Shown here in pieces: positions 44,568 through 54,846 of a DNA stretch of 64,000 nt. The DNA is from Streptomycetaceae bacterium (GTDB lineage: Bacteria; Actinomycetota; Actinomycetes; Nanopelagicales; Nanopelagicaceae): assembly GCA_027488575.1 (NCBI GenBank), contig JAIYBJ010000032.1, forward strand, positions 12,390 to 76,389, read 5' to 3'. The first letter of the stretch is position 1, and every line of letters starts with the position of its first letter. The notes below the pieces were generated by a model. The model was not told where the DNA came from. It saw only the letters and a list, made by a program, of their open reading frames with translations, and made no database searches. Both the position numbers and the translations under genes were made by a program.

Positions 44568-45647
44568 ATGAAAATTTCACTTAATCCAAATGCAAAAGAC
44601 GCAGCGACTCGTGATGCATTAGTTGCCGAAGGTGGTTTTGGAAAGTACTACACAGATCACATGGTTGTGTGCGAGTGGAGTGAAAAAGATGGTTGGTCCG
44701 AACCAGAGTTAAAACCATATGGACCAATTTCATTAGATCCTGCAACAGCAGTTTTTCACTATGGCCAAGAAATCTTTGAAGGAATGAAGGCGTATCGCCA
44801 ACCAGATGGTGGCATCGGATTGTTTCGCCCCGAAGCCAATGCTCGTCGCTTTGCAAAGTCTGCGAACCGTTTAGCGCTTCCTGAAATGCCAGAAGAGTTA
44901 TTCATCGAAACCGTTGAAACTCTCGTTAAGCAAGATGCTGGTTGGGTACCGAACAAAGTTGGTGAATCTCTCTACATTCGTCCATTTATGTTTGCAACCG
45001 AAGTTGGTCTAGGTGTTCGTCCATCAAATAAAGCTTTGTATATGTTAATTGCTACTCCAGCCGGTGCTTACTTTGATCCTTCAAAAGCTGTCAGTGTTTG
45101 GATTTCAACAGAGTATGTACGTGCTGCGCAAGGTGGAACTGGGGAAGCAAAGTGCGGCGGAAATTATGCGGCATCTTTAGTCGCACAAAAAGCTGCGGCA
45201 AAAGAGGGTTGTGACCAAGTTGTTTGGATTGATGCAAAAGAGCGTAAATGGATAGAAGAAATGGGTGGCATGAACCTGTACTTCGTTAAGGGTTCTGGCG
45301 CAGATGCAACAGTCATCACTCCTAAGTTAACTGGCACATTGTTACCAGGAATCACACGCGACTCAATTCTTTCTGTTGCTAAAGATCTCGGATACAAAAC
45401 AGACGAGGTTATGTTGAGTATCGATGATTGGCGTGACGGCGTTGCATCTGGTGAAATCACAGAAATTTTTGCATGTGGAACAGCAGCAGTAGTTTCACCG
45501 GTCGGAATAGCAAAGAGCGCCATGGGTACATGGGTCACCGGTGATGGTCAACCTGGAAAAATCACAATGCAAATTCGTAACCACCTCTTGGGTATCCAGC
45601 ACGGATCAATTTCAGATTCACATTCATGGATGCGCAAGGTCCTCTAA
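44568..45647 (+). CDS. ilvE: Branched-chain amino acid aminotransferase
   Basis: HYGQEIFEGMKAY, AKCGGNYA, EEMGGMN, LPGITRDS, CGTAAV. Confidence 0.96.
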   Translation: MKISLNPNAKDAATRDALVAEGGFGKYYTDHMVVCEWSEKDGWSEPELKPYGPISLDPATAVFHYGQEIFEGMKAYRQPDGGIGLFRPEANARRFAKSANRLALPEMPEELFIETVETLVKQDAGWVPNKVGESLYIRPFMFATEVGLGVRPSNKALYMLIATPAGAYFDPSKAVSVWISTEYVRAAQGGTGEAKCGGNYAASLVAQKAAAKEGCDQVVWIDAKERKWIEEMGGMNLYFVKGSGADATVITPKLTGTLLPGITRDSILSVAKDLGYKTDEVMLSIDDWRDGVASGEITEIFACGTAAVVSPVGIAKSAMGTWVTGDGQPGKITMQIRNHLLGIQHGSISDSHSWMRKVL

Positions 45648-47236
45648 TGCCAGTTAATGATGCATTCCATATTTATGACACAACGCTGAGAGATGGTGCG
45701 CAGCAAGAAGGTTTGAATTTATCTGTTCAAGATAAGTTGGCAATTGCTCGCCATTTAGATGATCTTGGCGTTGGCTTCATCGAAGGTGGATGGCCAGGTG
45801 CGAACCCAAAAGACACTGAGTTCTTTGAACGTGCAAAGAAAGAGCTGAAACTAAAGAACGCAACATTTGTGGCATTCGGTGCGACTCGCCGCCCAAATGT
45901 TAATGCTGCTGACGATGCGTTGCTTGGCGCACTTCGCGACAGCGGCGCCCCTGCTGTCACCTTGGTTGCCAAATCATTTGATCGCCACGTTGATTTAGCC
46001 CTAAAGACAACACTTGATGAGAATCTGGCGATGATTAAAGATTCAATTGCGCACTTACGTGCCGAAGGTCAGCGAGTTTTTCTTGATGCAGAACATTTTT
46101 TTGATGGATATCGTTCAAATAAAGCCTATGCACTCGAAGTAGTTCGTACTGCAGCCGAAGCAGGCGCCGATGTGATTGCACTCTGCGACACAAATGGCGG
46201 AATGCTTCCAGATGAGTTGTCACAAGTTGTTCACGATGTCTTACAAGCCAGTATTGCTCGACTTGGAATTCATTGCCACAATGACACTGGATGCGCCGTT
46301 GCCAACTCAATGGCAGCAATCGCTGCAGGTGCAACTCATGTACAGGGCACATTAAATGGATACGGCGAGAGAACTGGCAATGCTGATCTCGTAACGATTA
46401 TTGCCAATCTAGAGCTAAAGAAAAAGCAGCTTGTGTTGCCAAAAGACGCGCTTCGTGAAGCTTTTAGAATTTCCCATGCAGTCGCAGAAGTTACAAATGT
46501 TTCTTCAAGTGCGCGTCAACCATATGTGGGTATTTCTGCGTTCGCACACAAAGCTGGTTTACACGCAAGTGCAATCAAAGTTGATCCGTCGTTGTACCAA
46601 CATGAAGATCCAGAATCTGTTGGAAACGATATGCGCATGCTTGTCTCAGAAATGGCTGGCCGTGCATCCATCGAATTAAAGTCCGCCGAACTAGGCGTTG
46701 ATTTAGGTGGCGATCGCGAATTAATTGGTCGAGTAGTTGAGCGCGTTAAGGACCTTGAGTCTCACGGATTTACATTCGAGGCAGCTGACGCTTCTTTTGA
46801 ACTCTTGCTGCTAGAAGAAATTTCAGGAAAGCGTCCTTCGTTTTTCACAATCAAGCACTGGGCAACAACAACAGAGCGCACAGCTAAAGATGGAATCACA
46901 ACAAGAGCCGAAGTAAGTGTTGTTGCCAACGGAAAAGAATTTACGTGCAATGGATCAGGAAATGGTCCAGTTAACGCAATAGATAACGCACTGCGTACCG
47001 GACTTATTGCGTTCTATCCAGAACTTGAAGTTCTCGAACTCACTGATTACAAAGTTCGTATTCTCGAAGGTCGCCTTGGAACAGGTGCGATTACACGCGT
47101 GCTTGTAGAAACCAGTGATGGCAAAGGCGAATGGAACACCATCGGTGTTCACGAAAACATCATTGCCGCATCCGCCATGGCCCTTGAAGATGCTTTGACC
47201 TTCGGTCTTCTGCGTCAAGGACGTAAACCCGAGTAA
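45647..47236 (+). CDS. cimA: Citramalate synthase (LeuA/CimA family)
   Basis: YDTTLRDGAQQEG, GGWPGANPKD, DAEHFFDG, HCHND, C-terminal GNGPVNA regulatory domain; ATG 45647 overlaps the ilvE stop. Confidence 0.9.
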   Translation: MPVNDAFHIYDTTLRDGAQQEGLNLSVQDKLAIARHLDDLGVGFIEGGWPGANPKDTEFFERAKKELKLKNATFVAFGATRRPNVNAADDALLGALRDSGAPAVTLVAKSFDRHVDLALKTTLDENLAMIKDSIAHLRAEGQRVFLDAEHFFDGYRSNKAYALEVVRTAAEAGADVIALCDTNGGMLPDELSQVVHDVLQASIARLGIHCHNDTGCAVANSMAAIAAGATHVQGTLNGYGERTGNADLVTIIANLELKKKQLVLPKDALREAFRISHAVAEVTNVSSSARQPYVGISAFAHKAGLHASAIKVDPSLYQHEDPESVGNDMRMLVSEMAGRASIELKSAELGVDLGGDRELIGRVVERVKDLESHGFTFEAADASFELLLLEEISGKRPSFFTIKHWATTTERTAKDGITTRAEVSVVANGKEFTCNGSGNGPVNAIDNALRTGLIAFYPELEVLELTDYKVRILEGRLGTGAITRVLVETSDGKGEWNTIGVHENIIAASAMALEDALTFGLLRQGRKPE

Positions 47237-47245
47237 TCTGTACCT

Positions 47246-48163
47246 ATGTCCACACATACATTAAATGATGTACGTGTTGCTTTTGAGAATAACTTACATA
47301 CAAAACGAGATCTCTCACTTCACACCATTCGAGCCTATGTTGGTGATCTTGAAAGTTTTTTCACTCACCTAGAAGCTCTAGGGATTTCTGATTTGCAAAC
47401 ATTAGATATTTCCCACATACGTTCATGGCTTGCAAATATCTCTGTAAAAGGTGGCGCGCGCACAACTTTGGCCCGTCGAGCCGTCACGATTCGATTGTTT
47501 ACAAAGTGGGCTCATAAGAATGGGTATTTATCGAAAGATATTGGCATCACACTGGCTACGCCAAAGAGCCACCGAGTATTGCCAGATGTTTTAAACGCAA
47601 GCGATGCCCGAGATGTCATGGAATCTATGGCGATGCGTGCTGGCGAAGAAGATTCACCACTAGCTATTCGCGATAGTGCAATGTTAGAAATCTTGTATGC
47701 CAGTGGAGCACGTGTAGCCGAGTTATGTGGACTTAACTTTGAAGATATTGATTATGAACGCCAAGCGATTCGAGTGCTTGGCAAAGGAAATAAAGAGCGA
47801 TCCATTCCAATCGGTATTCCTGCCATGAAAGCGCTGAAAAATTGGATTGATAACGCACGACCACAAATTGCAAGTGATAAATCTGGTTCAGCGCTTTTCA
47901 TTGGATTGCGTGGCAAGCGAATTGATCAGCGCACAGTCCGAACCGTTGTTTATGAAGCTCTCAGTGCAATTGAGGGATTAGAAAAATTAGGTCCACATGC
48001 ATTTCGACATTCGGCAGCAACTCATCTCTTAGAGGGCGGCGCCGATCTTCGAACAGTGCAAGAAATATTGGGACATGCATCCCTCGCAACAACTCAGATT
48101 TATACCCACGTTTCTACCGAGCGTTTACAAAAAGCGTATAAGCAGGCGCATCCCCGCGCCTAA
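47246..48163 (+). CDS. xerC: Tyrosine recombinase XerC
   Basis: LYASGARVAEL, GKGNKER, HAFRHSAATHLL.GGADLR.VQE.LGH...TQIYTHV, ends AHPRA; upstream of rpsB as in actinobacteria. Confidence 0.9.
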   Translation: MSTHTLNDVRVAFENNLHTKRDLSLHTIRAYVGDLESFFTHLEALGISDLQTLDISHIRSWLANISVKGGARTTLARRAVTIRLFTKWAHKNGYLSKDIGITLATPKSHRVLPDVLNASDARDVMESMAMRAGEEDSPLAIRDSAMLEILYASGARVAELCGLNFEDIDYERQAIRVLGKGNKERSIPIGIPAMKALKNWIDNARPQIASDKSGSALFIGLRGKRIDQRTVRTVVYEALSAIEGLEKLGPHAFRHSAATHLLEGGADLRTVQEILGHASLATTQIYTHVSTERLQKAYKQAHPRA

Positions 48164-48204
48164 AGAGTGGATTTTGCACTCCTGGACCTCAGGTAAGATT
48201 TCAC

Positions 48205-48376
48205 CTGCACCAGAGCAATCTGGTGACTTCTCAGCACTCATTCGACTTAGTCGAAAATCATTTCGGTCCAGTTCGCTGGTAGATGACGAGTGCGACGGGT
48301 TTAACAAATTGTTAAACCATTAACCGAGCGGGTTATTTTTGCTAAGCATAAATAACCTATGAAGGAGCACGCCATC
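48205..48376 (+). promoter_or_regulatory. Structured rpsB 5' leader (probable uS2 autoregulatory element)
   Basis: Hairpins CACCAGA-GCAA-TCTGGTG, TTCGAC/GTCGAA and CCAG-TTCG-CTGG; long-range GCACTC/GAGTGC; TAAGAT -10 at 48194. Confidence 0.65.
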
Positions 48377-49177
48377 ATGGCTGTTGTAACAATGCGAGAA
48401 CTCCTCGACAGTGGAGTCCACTTCGGACATCAGACACGTCGCTGGAATCCAAAGATGAAGCGCTTCATTTTCACAGAGCGCAACGGCATCTACATCATCG
48501 ATATCCAACAATCACTTGCACTAATCGATAGCGCATATGAATTTGTTAAGGATATTGTTGCAAAGGGCGGACACGTTTTGTTCGTCGGAACAAAGAAAGC
48601 AGCTCAAGAGCCAATCATCGCTCAAGCTGCGCGAGTTGGAATGCCAACAGTTACTGAGCGTTGGCTCGGCGGTATGTTGACTAACTTCCCAACTGTTTAC
48701 AAGCGTATTCAGCGCCTCAAGGAGCTAGAAGCACTTGAAGCAACTAATGACATGTTGCTTACAAAGAAAGAACTTCTTGTACTCCGTCGTGAGCGCGAAA
48801 AACTACACAAGAACCTCGATGGAATTCGCAACATGACTAAGTTGCCAAGTGCAATTTGGGTTGTAGACACAAAGAAAGAGCACCTAGCTGTTGCTGAAGC
48901 GAAGAAGCTTGGCATTCCAGTTATTGCCATCTTGGATACAAATTGCGATCCAGACGAAGTTGATTTCAAGATTCCAGGTAATGATGATGCGATTCGTTCA
49001 ATCGGATTACTTACTCGTGTAATCACAGATGCAATTGCAGCTGGCCTACAAGCACGTTCTGCAGTTGTAAAGGAAGAAGCTAAGACCGAAACTCCAGCTG
49101 TTGCTGCGGGCGAGCCATTGGCTGATTGGGAAAAAGAAGTAATTGAAGCAGCACCAACAACTCCAGTGGAGGCTTAA
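48377..49177 (+). CDS. rpsB: 30S ribosomal protein S2
   Basis: [34 protein letters not shown]; AAGGAG SD before ATG 48377. Confidence 0.97.
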   Translation: MAVVTMRELLDSGVHFGHQTRRWNPKMKRFIFTERNGIYIIDIQQSLALIDSAYEFVKDIVAKGGHVLFVGTKKAAQEPIIAQAARVGMPTVTERWLGGMLTNFPTVYKRIQRLKELEALEATNDMLLTKKELLVLRREREKLHKNLDGIRNMTKLPSAIWVVDTKKEHLAVAEAKKLGIPVIAILDTNCDPDEVDFKIPGNDDAIRSIGLLTRVITDAIAAGLQARSAVVKEEAKTETPAVAAGEPLADWEKEVIEAAPTTPVEA

Positions 49178-49180
49178 CAC

Positions 49181-50005
49181 GTGGCGTATTCAGCAGAAGA
49201 TGTAAAGAGACTGCGTGAAGCAACTGCAGCAGGAATGCTCGATTGCAAGAAAGCACTTGATGAAGCAAATGGTGACTACGACAAAGCGATAGACATCATT
49301 CGCGTTAAGGGACTTAAGGGCGTTACAAAGCGCGAAGGTCGTTTAACATCAAATGGTTTAGTTGTTGCAAAGGTTTCTGGAGATCTCGGCGTAATGCTCG
49401 AGCTCAACTGTGAAACTGACTTCGTTGCTAAGGGTGATCGATTTATTGCCCTCGGTGATGAATTAGTAGATCACCTACTCTCATCAAAAACTGAGAGCGT
49501 AGAAGCTTTTCTTGCTTCAACAATGGCAGATGGCAAGACTGTGCAATCTGTAATTGATGAAGGCAATGCAACTCTTGGCGAAAAAATCGAAATCCGTAAC
49601 GTCGCAGTTGTGAACGGTCCAGTTGGTTTGTACTTGCACAAGACAAGCCCAGACCTACCTCCACAAGTTGGCGTTTTGGTTTCACTCGTTAAGGAAGCAG
49701 CCGAAGTTGGCAAAGATGTTGCTCAGCACATTGCAGCATTCGCTCCTAAGTTCGTTCACCGCGAAGATGTCCCAGCGGATCTGATCGAGAACGAGCGCCG
49801 AATTGCTGAAGAAACTGCTCGTGAAGAGGGCAAGCCAGAAGCATCGCTTTCAAAAATTATTGAAGGCCGCGTCACTGGCTTCGTAAAGGAAGTCAGCTTG
49901 ATTGAACAAGCGTTCGCTAAGGATGCAAAGAAGACTGTGAAACAAATCCTCGATGAAGCAGGAACCGCCGTCAAGGCATTCCACCGTTTCCGCGTAGGAC
50001 AGTAA
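49181..50005 (+). CDS. tsf: Elongation factor Ts
   Basis: VKRLREATAAGMLDCKKAL, ELNCETDFVAK. Confidence 0.97.
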   Translation: MAYSAEDVKRLREATAAGMLDCKKALDEANGDYDKAIDIIRVKGLKGVTKREGRLTSNGLVVAKVSGDLGVMLELNCETDFVAKGDRFIALGDELVDHLLSSKTESVEAFLASTMADGKTVQSVIDEGNATLGEKIEIRNVAVVNGPVGLYLHKTSPDLPPQVGVLVSLVKEAAEVGKDVAQHIAAFAPKFVHREDVPADLIENERRIAEETAREEGKPEASLSKIIEGRVTGFVKEVSLIEQAFAKDAKKTVKQILDEAGTAVKAFHRFRVGQ

Positions 50006-50056
50006 ACTTATCTCTGGAATACAGATGTAAGACAGAAAGTTGTGAAAGGAGCACTC

Positions 50057-50779
50057 ATGCCCGGTACTAGAGGTAAATACGGGCGAGTGCTCCTTAAACT
50101 TTCTGGAGAAGTTTTTGGTGGAGAAAAAGGCATCGGTGTTGATCCTGATGTTGTGCAAGATGTGGCGAAACAAATCGCAGATGTCGTGCGTTCTGGAGTA
50201 CAAATAAGCATTGTGGTCGGCGGTGGAAATTACTTCCGCGGCGCAGAGTTGCAGCAACGTGGAATGGATCGCGCACGCGCGGATTACATGGGAATGCTCG
50301 GAACAGTAATGAACTGTTTAGCTCTTCAAGATTTCTTGGAAAAAGAGGGCGTAGATACACGCGTTCAAACTGCAATCACTATGGGCCAAGTGGCTGAGCC
50401 TTATATTCCACGCAGAGCAATTCGCCACCTAGAAAAAGGTCGTGTTGTGATTTTCGGTGCGGGTGCAGGAATGCCATTTTTTACAACAGATACGGTTGCG
50501 GCACAGCGTGCTCTCGAAGTTGGATCAGAAGCTCTCTTGTTAGCAAAGAGTGGTGTTGATGGTGTGTACAACGCTGACCCAAGGAAAGATCCAAGTGCAA
50601 CGAAGTACGACACGATTTCATACGATGAAGTTCTCAGTAAGTCTCTAGCTGTTGCAGATGCTGCAGCATTTAGTTTGTGCCGTGAGAATAAATTACCGAT
50701 CGTGGTATTTGATCTCATGACTAACGGAAACATCGGTCGCGCGGTTCGCGGTGAAACGATCGGAACCCTTGTCGCGTAA
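50057..50779 (+). CDS. pyrH: UMP kinase
   Basis: [31 protein letters not shown]; AAGGAG before ATG 50057. Confidence 0.97.
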   Translation: MPGTRGKYGRVLLKLSGEVFGGEKGIGVDPDVVQDVAKQIADVVRSGVQISIVVGGGNYFRGAELQQRGMDRARADYMGMLGTVMNCLALQDFLEKEGVDTRVQTAITMGQVAEPYIPRRAIRHLEKGRVVIFGAGAGMPFFTTDTVAAQRALEVGSEALLLAKSGVDGVYNADPRKDPSATKYDTISYDEVLSKSLAVADAAAFSLCRENKLPIVVFDLMTNGNIGRAVRGETIGTLVA

Positions 50780-50805
50780 GCGATGAGGTTTACTAAGGAG
50801 TCCTG

Positions 50806-51369
50806 ATGTCAGATATCGCCACTGCTCTTAAAGATGCAGAGACAAAGATGAACAAGGCTGTAGAAGTCGCGAAAGATGATTTCGGCGCGATTCGTACAGG
50901 CCGTGCTCACCCATCACTGTTTAACAAAATTATGGTTGATTATTACGGCACCTATACATCACTCTCTCAACTCGCTTCGATTCAGGTTCCTGAAGCACGC
51001 ATGGCACTTGTTTCTCCATTTGATAAAGGCGCAATGGCATCGATTGAAAAAGCTATTCGCGAATCAGATTTGGGCGTTAATCCAGGATCAGATGGCGTGG
51101 TGATCCGCGTAAATTTCCCTCAGCTAACGGAGGAGCGCCGCAAGGATTACATCAAGGTTGCTCGAACAAAAGCTGAGGACTCTAAGGTTTCAATGCGCAA
51201 TATCCGCCGTGCAGCGAAGGAAGCAATCGAGAAACTAGAAAAAGATGGCCATATTGGAAAAGATGATCTAGCTCGCGCGGAAAAAGAACTAGAAAAAATC
51301 ACTGGTGATCACGTTGCCAAGATTGATGAACTTCTTAAGCATAAGGAGAGCGAACTTCTCGAAGTTTGA
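50806..51369 (+). CDS. frr: Ribosome recycling factor
   Basis: IRTGRA, LTEERRKD, RNIRR. Confidence 0.97.
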   Translation: MSDIATALKDAETKMNKAVEVAKDDFGAIRTGRAHPSLFNKIMVDYYGTYTSLSQLASIQVPEARMALVSPFDKGAMASIEKAIRESDLGVNPGSDGVVIRVNFPQLTEERRKDYIKVARTKAEDSKVSMRNIRRAAKEAIEKLEKDGHIGKDDLARAEKELEKITGDHVAKIDELLKHKESELLEV

Positions 51370-51385
51370 GAAACGCATATCCGCC

Positions 51386-52231
51386 GTGTCTGATCTGCAT
51401 TCAATTAACGAAGCCATAAACGCCAAGGCGGGACGCAAGCTTCTGCCTTCAATTTTTGTAGGCCTATCTTTAATCGGACTAGTGTGGCTCACACTTGCTT
51501 ATGCGCGAGTGTTCTTTGCAGTTCTAGTTGCGACTGCCGTTGCGTTAGGTATTCGAGAAATTGCTCGTGCATTTGCGGCAGCAGGAACACAAATCTCAAT
51601 GAGATCACTGATTCTTGCAACCGTTGGGCTGACATATGCAACATGGAGTGATGGTGTTCAAGGATTAGCAATTGCAACGGCAGTTGCGCTACCGGTGCTA
51701 CTTATCTCTAGATTAAGAAAAGGTCCACAAGATTTCGTTAAGAGTGCAACCGCAACAACACTGGCTCTAATTTATCTTCCATTTCTAGCTGGCTTCCTAG
51801 TTCTCTTAGGTCGTCCGGACGATGGATTAGCTCGTGTTATGACATTTGTGGTTCTAGTTGGCTGTAACGACACATTTGGTTATTTAGTCGGCGTGATGAT
51901 TGGCCGGCATCCACTTGTGCCAACAATTAGTCCAAAGAAGTCTTGGGAAGGTTTAGTTGGCTCAGTTATTTTTACGTGTATTGGTGGCTCATTAAGTTTT
52001 CATTACATCCTTGATCTTCAATGGTGGATCGGCGCACTAGTTGCACTCATGATTGTCTTTACTGCAACGAGTGGAGACTTAATTGAGAGCGCGATGAAGC
52101 GCGACCTATCGCTAAAGGACATGGGCTCACTCCTTCCAGGCCATGGTGGAATGCTGGATCGTTTAGATTCAGTTTTGATTTCAGCCCCTGCACTTTATTT
52201 GGCGCTCGAACTTGTTAAGCGTTTCTCATGA
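51386..52231 (+). CDS. cdsA: Phosphatidate cytidylyltransferase
   Basis: [44 protein letters not shown]; GTG 51386 start inferred. Confidence 0.93.
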   Translation: MSDLHSINEAINAKAGRKLLPSIFVGLSLIGLVWLTLAYARVFFAVLVATAVALGIREIARAFAAAGTQISMRSLILATVGLTYATWSDGVQGLAIATAVALPVLLISRLRKGPQDFVKSATATTLALIYLPFLAGFLVLLGRPDDGLARVMTFVVLVGCNDTFGYLVGVMIGRHPLVPTISPKKSWEGLVGSVIFTCIGGSLSFHYILDLQWWIGALVALMIVFTATSGDLIESAMKRDLSLKDMGSLLPGHGGMLDRLDSVLISAPALYLALELVKRFS

Positions 52232-53337
52232 CCGAAATTAAGCTCGTCTTTGATGAGCCCGTTCAGAGAAAAAAGACACCCAAACACCTTGCTGATTACT
52301 CACCCGAGGAACGCCGTGATGTGGCAACGGGTTTAGGTTTGCCAGCCTTTAGAGCTAATCAAATTGCCAATCATTACTTCACGCACCTATCAAGTGATCC
52401 AAGTGAGTGGACAGACATTCCAGCAACTATGCACGAGCAAATTCGTGAACATATTCTTCCACCGCTAATCACATTAGTTCGTTCTGTAACGTGTGATAAC
52501 GGAATGACCCGCAAAGATCTTTGGAAATTACACGATGGCGTCTTAGTCGAGAGCGTTCTGATGCGTTATACAGATCGCACAACAGTCTGTATTTCATCCC
52601 AAGCAGGATGCGGAATGAACTGCCCATTCTGCGCAACTGGTCAAGCAGGATTAACAAGAAACTTGAGCGCCGCAGAAATAACAGAGCAAATCGTTGCAGC
52701 AGCTCGCGCGTGTGCCAATGGCGAATTACCAGGTGGCCCAACTCGTTTATCAAATGTTGTTTTCATGGGAATGGGAGAGCCGCTTGCCAATTACAACGCG
52801 GTACTTCGCACCGTTCGAAATATCACAACACCAAATCCTGATGGTTTGGGCATAAGCGCTCGTTCCGTAACTGTTTCTACCGTTGGATTAGTAAACGGAA
52901 TCGAAAAACTGACCGAAGAAGGAATTTCTGTAACTCTGGCTGTTTCATTACACACACCAGATGATGAACTACGTGATTCATTGGTTCCTATTAATTCACG
53001 TTGGAAAGTTAAGGAAGTTCTGGCCGCTGCAGATGCATACGAAAAGAAAACGGGTCGCCGTTATTCAATTGAGTACGCCTTAATTCGCGACATAAACGAT
53101 CAATCGTGGCGCGCAGACTTGCTTGGTCGTTTACTTAAAAATCGTAACGCCCACGTAAATTTAATTCCGCTTAATCCAACTCCAGGTTCAAAGTGGACAG
53201 CATCTAGACCGCAGGATGAGAAAGAGTTTGTTCGAATCCTCGAAGGTTATGGAGTTGCCGTTACCGTTCGAGATACCCGTGGTCGCGAAATCGATGGCGC
53301 GTGCGGACAGTTGGCGGCCGCCGAGAAACTAAAGTAG
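52228..53337 (+). CDS. rlmN: 23S rRNA (A2503) C2 / tRNA methyltransferase (radical SAM)
   Basis: [31 protein letters not shown]. Confidence 0.95.
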   Translation: MTEIKLVFDEPVQRKKTPKHLADYSPEERRDVATGLGLPAFRANQIANHYFTHLSSDPSEWTDIPATMHEQIREHILPPLITLVRSVTCDNGMTRKDLWKLHDGVLVESVLMRYTDRTTVCISSQAGCGMNCPFCATGQAGLTRNLSAAEITEQIVAAARACANGELPGGPTRLSNVVFMGMGEPLANYNAVLRTVRNITTPNPDGLGISARSVTVSTVGLVNGIEKLTEEGISVTLAVSLHTPDDELRDSLVPINSRWKVKEVLAAADAYEKKTGRRYSIEYALIRDINDQSWRADLLGRLLKNRNAHVNLIPLNPTPGSKWTASRPQDEKEFVRILEGYGVAVTVRDTRGREIDGACGQLAAAEKLK

Positions 53338-53381
53338 GAATCTGACTACACTTTTTTGCCCCTAGGGCGTAATCTCGGCCC

Positions 53382-54809
53382 ATGGAAAATTTGAGCAACT
53401 TCATAAATGGCAAGAGCGTTGAGTCAAAATCTGGCAAGAGAACAGATTTAGTTAACCCTTCAACAGGTCAAGTTTTTGCTACAGCACCAAATTCAAATGC
53501 CGCAGATGTAGATATGGCGATGAAAGCCGCAGCCGATGCTTTTCCAGTGTGGCGCGATTCAACACCATCAGAGCGTCAACGTGCGCTCCTAAAGATTGCT
53601 GATGCAATCGAATCTCGTTCAGAAGAACTAGTAAAAATTGAGAGCCAAAATACTGGCAAGCCAATTGGGATTACGACATCAGAAGAAATGCCACCGATGT
53701 TAGATCAGATTAGATTCTTTGCAGGTGCAGCCCGAAATCTAGAAGGAAAATCTGCTGCCGAATACATGCGCGGAATGACATCTTTTATTCGCCGCGAACC
53801 AATTGGTGTGTGTGCACAGGTAACTCCTTGGAATTACCCAATGATGATGGCTGTTTGGAAGTGGGCACCAGCAATTGCTGCAGGAAACACTGTTGTGCTC
53901 AAGCCAAGTGATACAACTCCTGCTTCAACTGTATGGATGGCTCAATTGATGAATGAGTTTTTACCTGCTGGTGTTATTAACGTCATTTGTGGAGAGCGAG
54001 AAACAGGCGCAGCACTTGTTGATCACACAACACCTGCCATGGTTTCAATTACAGGATCTGTGCGCGCAGGTATGGAAGTTGCAGGAGCAGCGGCAAAACA
54101 ACTCAAGCGAGTTCACCTCGAACTAGGTGGAAAAGCACCAGTAGTTGTTTTCAATGATGCAGATTTGCCAGCAGCAGCTGAAGCAATTGCATTAGCTGGT
54201 TACTTTAACTCAGGCCAGGATTGCACCGCAGCTACTCGCGTTATCGTCCAAGAGGGTGCATACGAAGAATTCGTTGCTCTTCTTGCGGAGCAAGCGAAGA
54301 ACAACATCGCAATTGGAATGCCGGATCAAGATGTATTAGTTGGCCCAGTTAATAACGCTAACCAACTCAAGAGGGTTTCAGGATTCTTAGAGCGCACACC
54401 TTCACACGCTCGTGTGATGGCTGGAGGATCCCAGCTTCAACAGCCTGGATTCTTCTTTGCCCCAACTGTTGTGGCAGATCTCAAGCAAGATGACGAGATG
54501 ATTCAGAACGAAATCTTTGGACCTGTCATCACTGTTCAGAAGTTTAAGGATGAAGCCGATGCGATTGCGATGGGCAATGGCGTTGATTACGGCTTGGCAT
54601 CTAGCGTCTGGACCAAGGATCATGGACGCGCTATGCGCATGTCCAAGGCACTGGATTTCGGCGTGGTCTGGATCAACACCCATATTCCGATGGTCTCGGA
54701 AATGCCGCATGGAGGCTTCAAGCGTTCGGGATACGGCAAAGATCTTTCCCAATATGGCTTCGAGGATTACACCCGAATCAAGCATGTTATGACTAATCTA
54801 GGCGCATAA
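53382..54809 (+). CDS. Gamma-aminobutyraldehyde dehydrogenase (PatD/Prr-like ALDH)
   Basis: PWNYP, LELGGKAP, FNSGQDCTAA, EIFGPV, EMPHGGFK.SGYGKDLS..G.EDYT. Confidence 0.9.
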   Translation: MENLSNFINGKSVESKSGKRTDLVNPSTGQVFATAPNSNAADVDMAMKAAADAFPVWRDSTPSERQRALLKIADAIESRSEELVKIESQNTGKPIGITTSEEMPPMLDQIRFFAGAARNLEGKSAAEYMRGMTSFIRREPIGVCAQVTPWNYPMMMAVWKWAPAIAAGNTVVLKPSDTTPASTVWMAQLMNEFLPAGVINVICGERETGAALVDHTTPAMVSITGSVRAGMEVAGAAAKQLKRVHLELGGKAPVVVFNDADLPAAAEAIALAGYFNSGQDCTAATRVIVQEGAYEEFVALLAEQAKNNIAIGMPDQDVLVGPVNNANQLKRVSGFLERTPSHARVMAGGSQLQQPGFFFAPTVVADLKQDDEMIQNEIFGPVITVQKFKDEADAIAMGNGVDYGLASSVWTKDHGRAMRMSKALDFGVVWINTHIPMVSEMPHGGFKRSGYGKDLSQYGFEDYTRIKHVMTNLGA

Positions 54810-54846
54810 GACACAACCGAACTACTGCATAAAGGAGCACACCCGG

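Noticed and set aside
47246-48163. Tyrosine recombinase as a prophage or island integrase
   Set aside because: Its size (~305 aa), HPRA C-terminus and position before rpsB are those of housekeeping XerC; no att repeats or cargo genes are nearby
54402-54792. Overlapping alternative-frame ORFs in the ALDH 3' end
   Set aside because: Explained by the locally high GC3 removing off-frame stops; no protein signal
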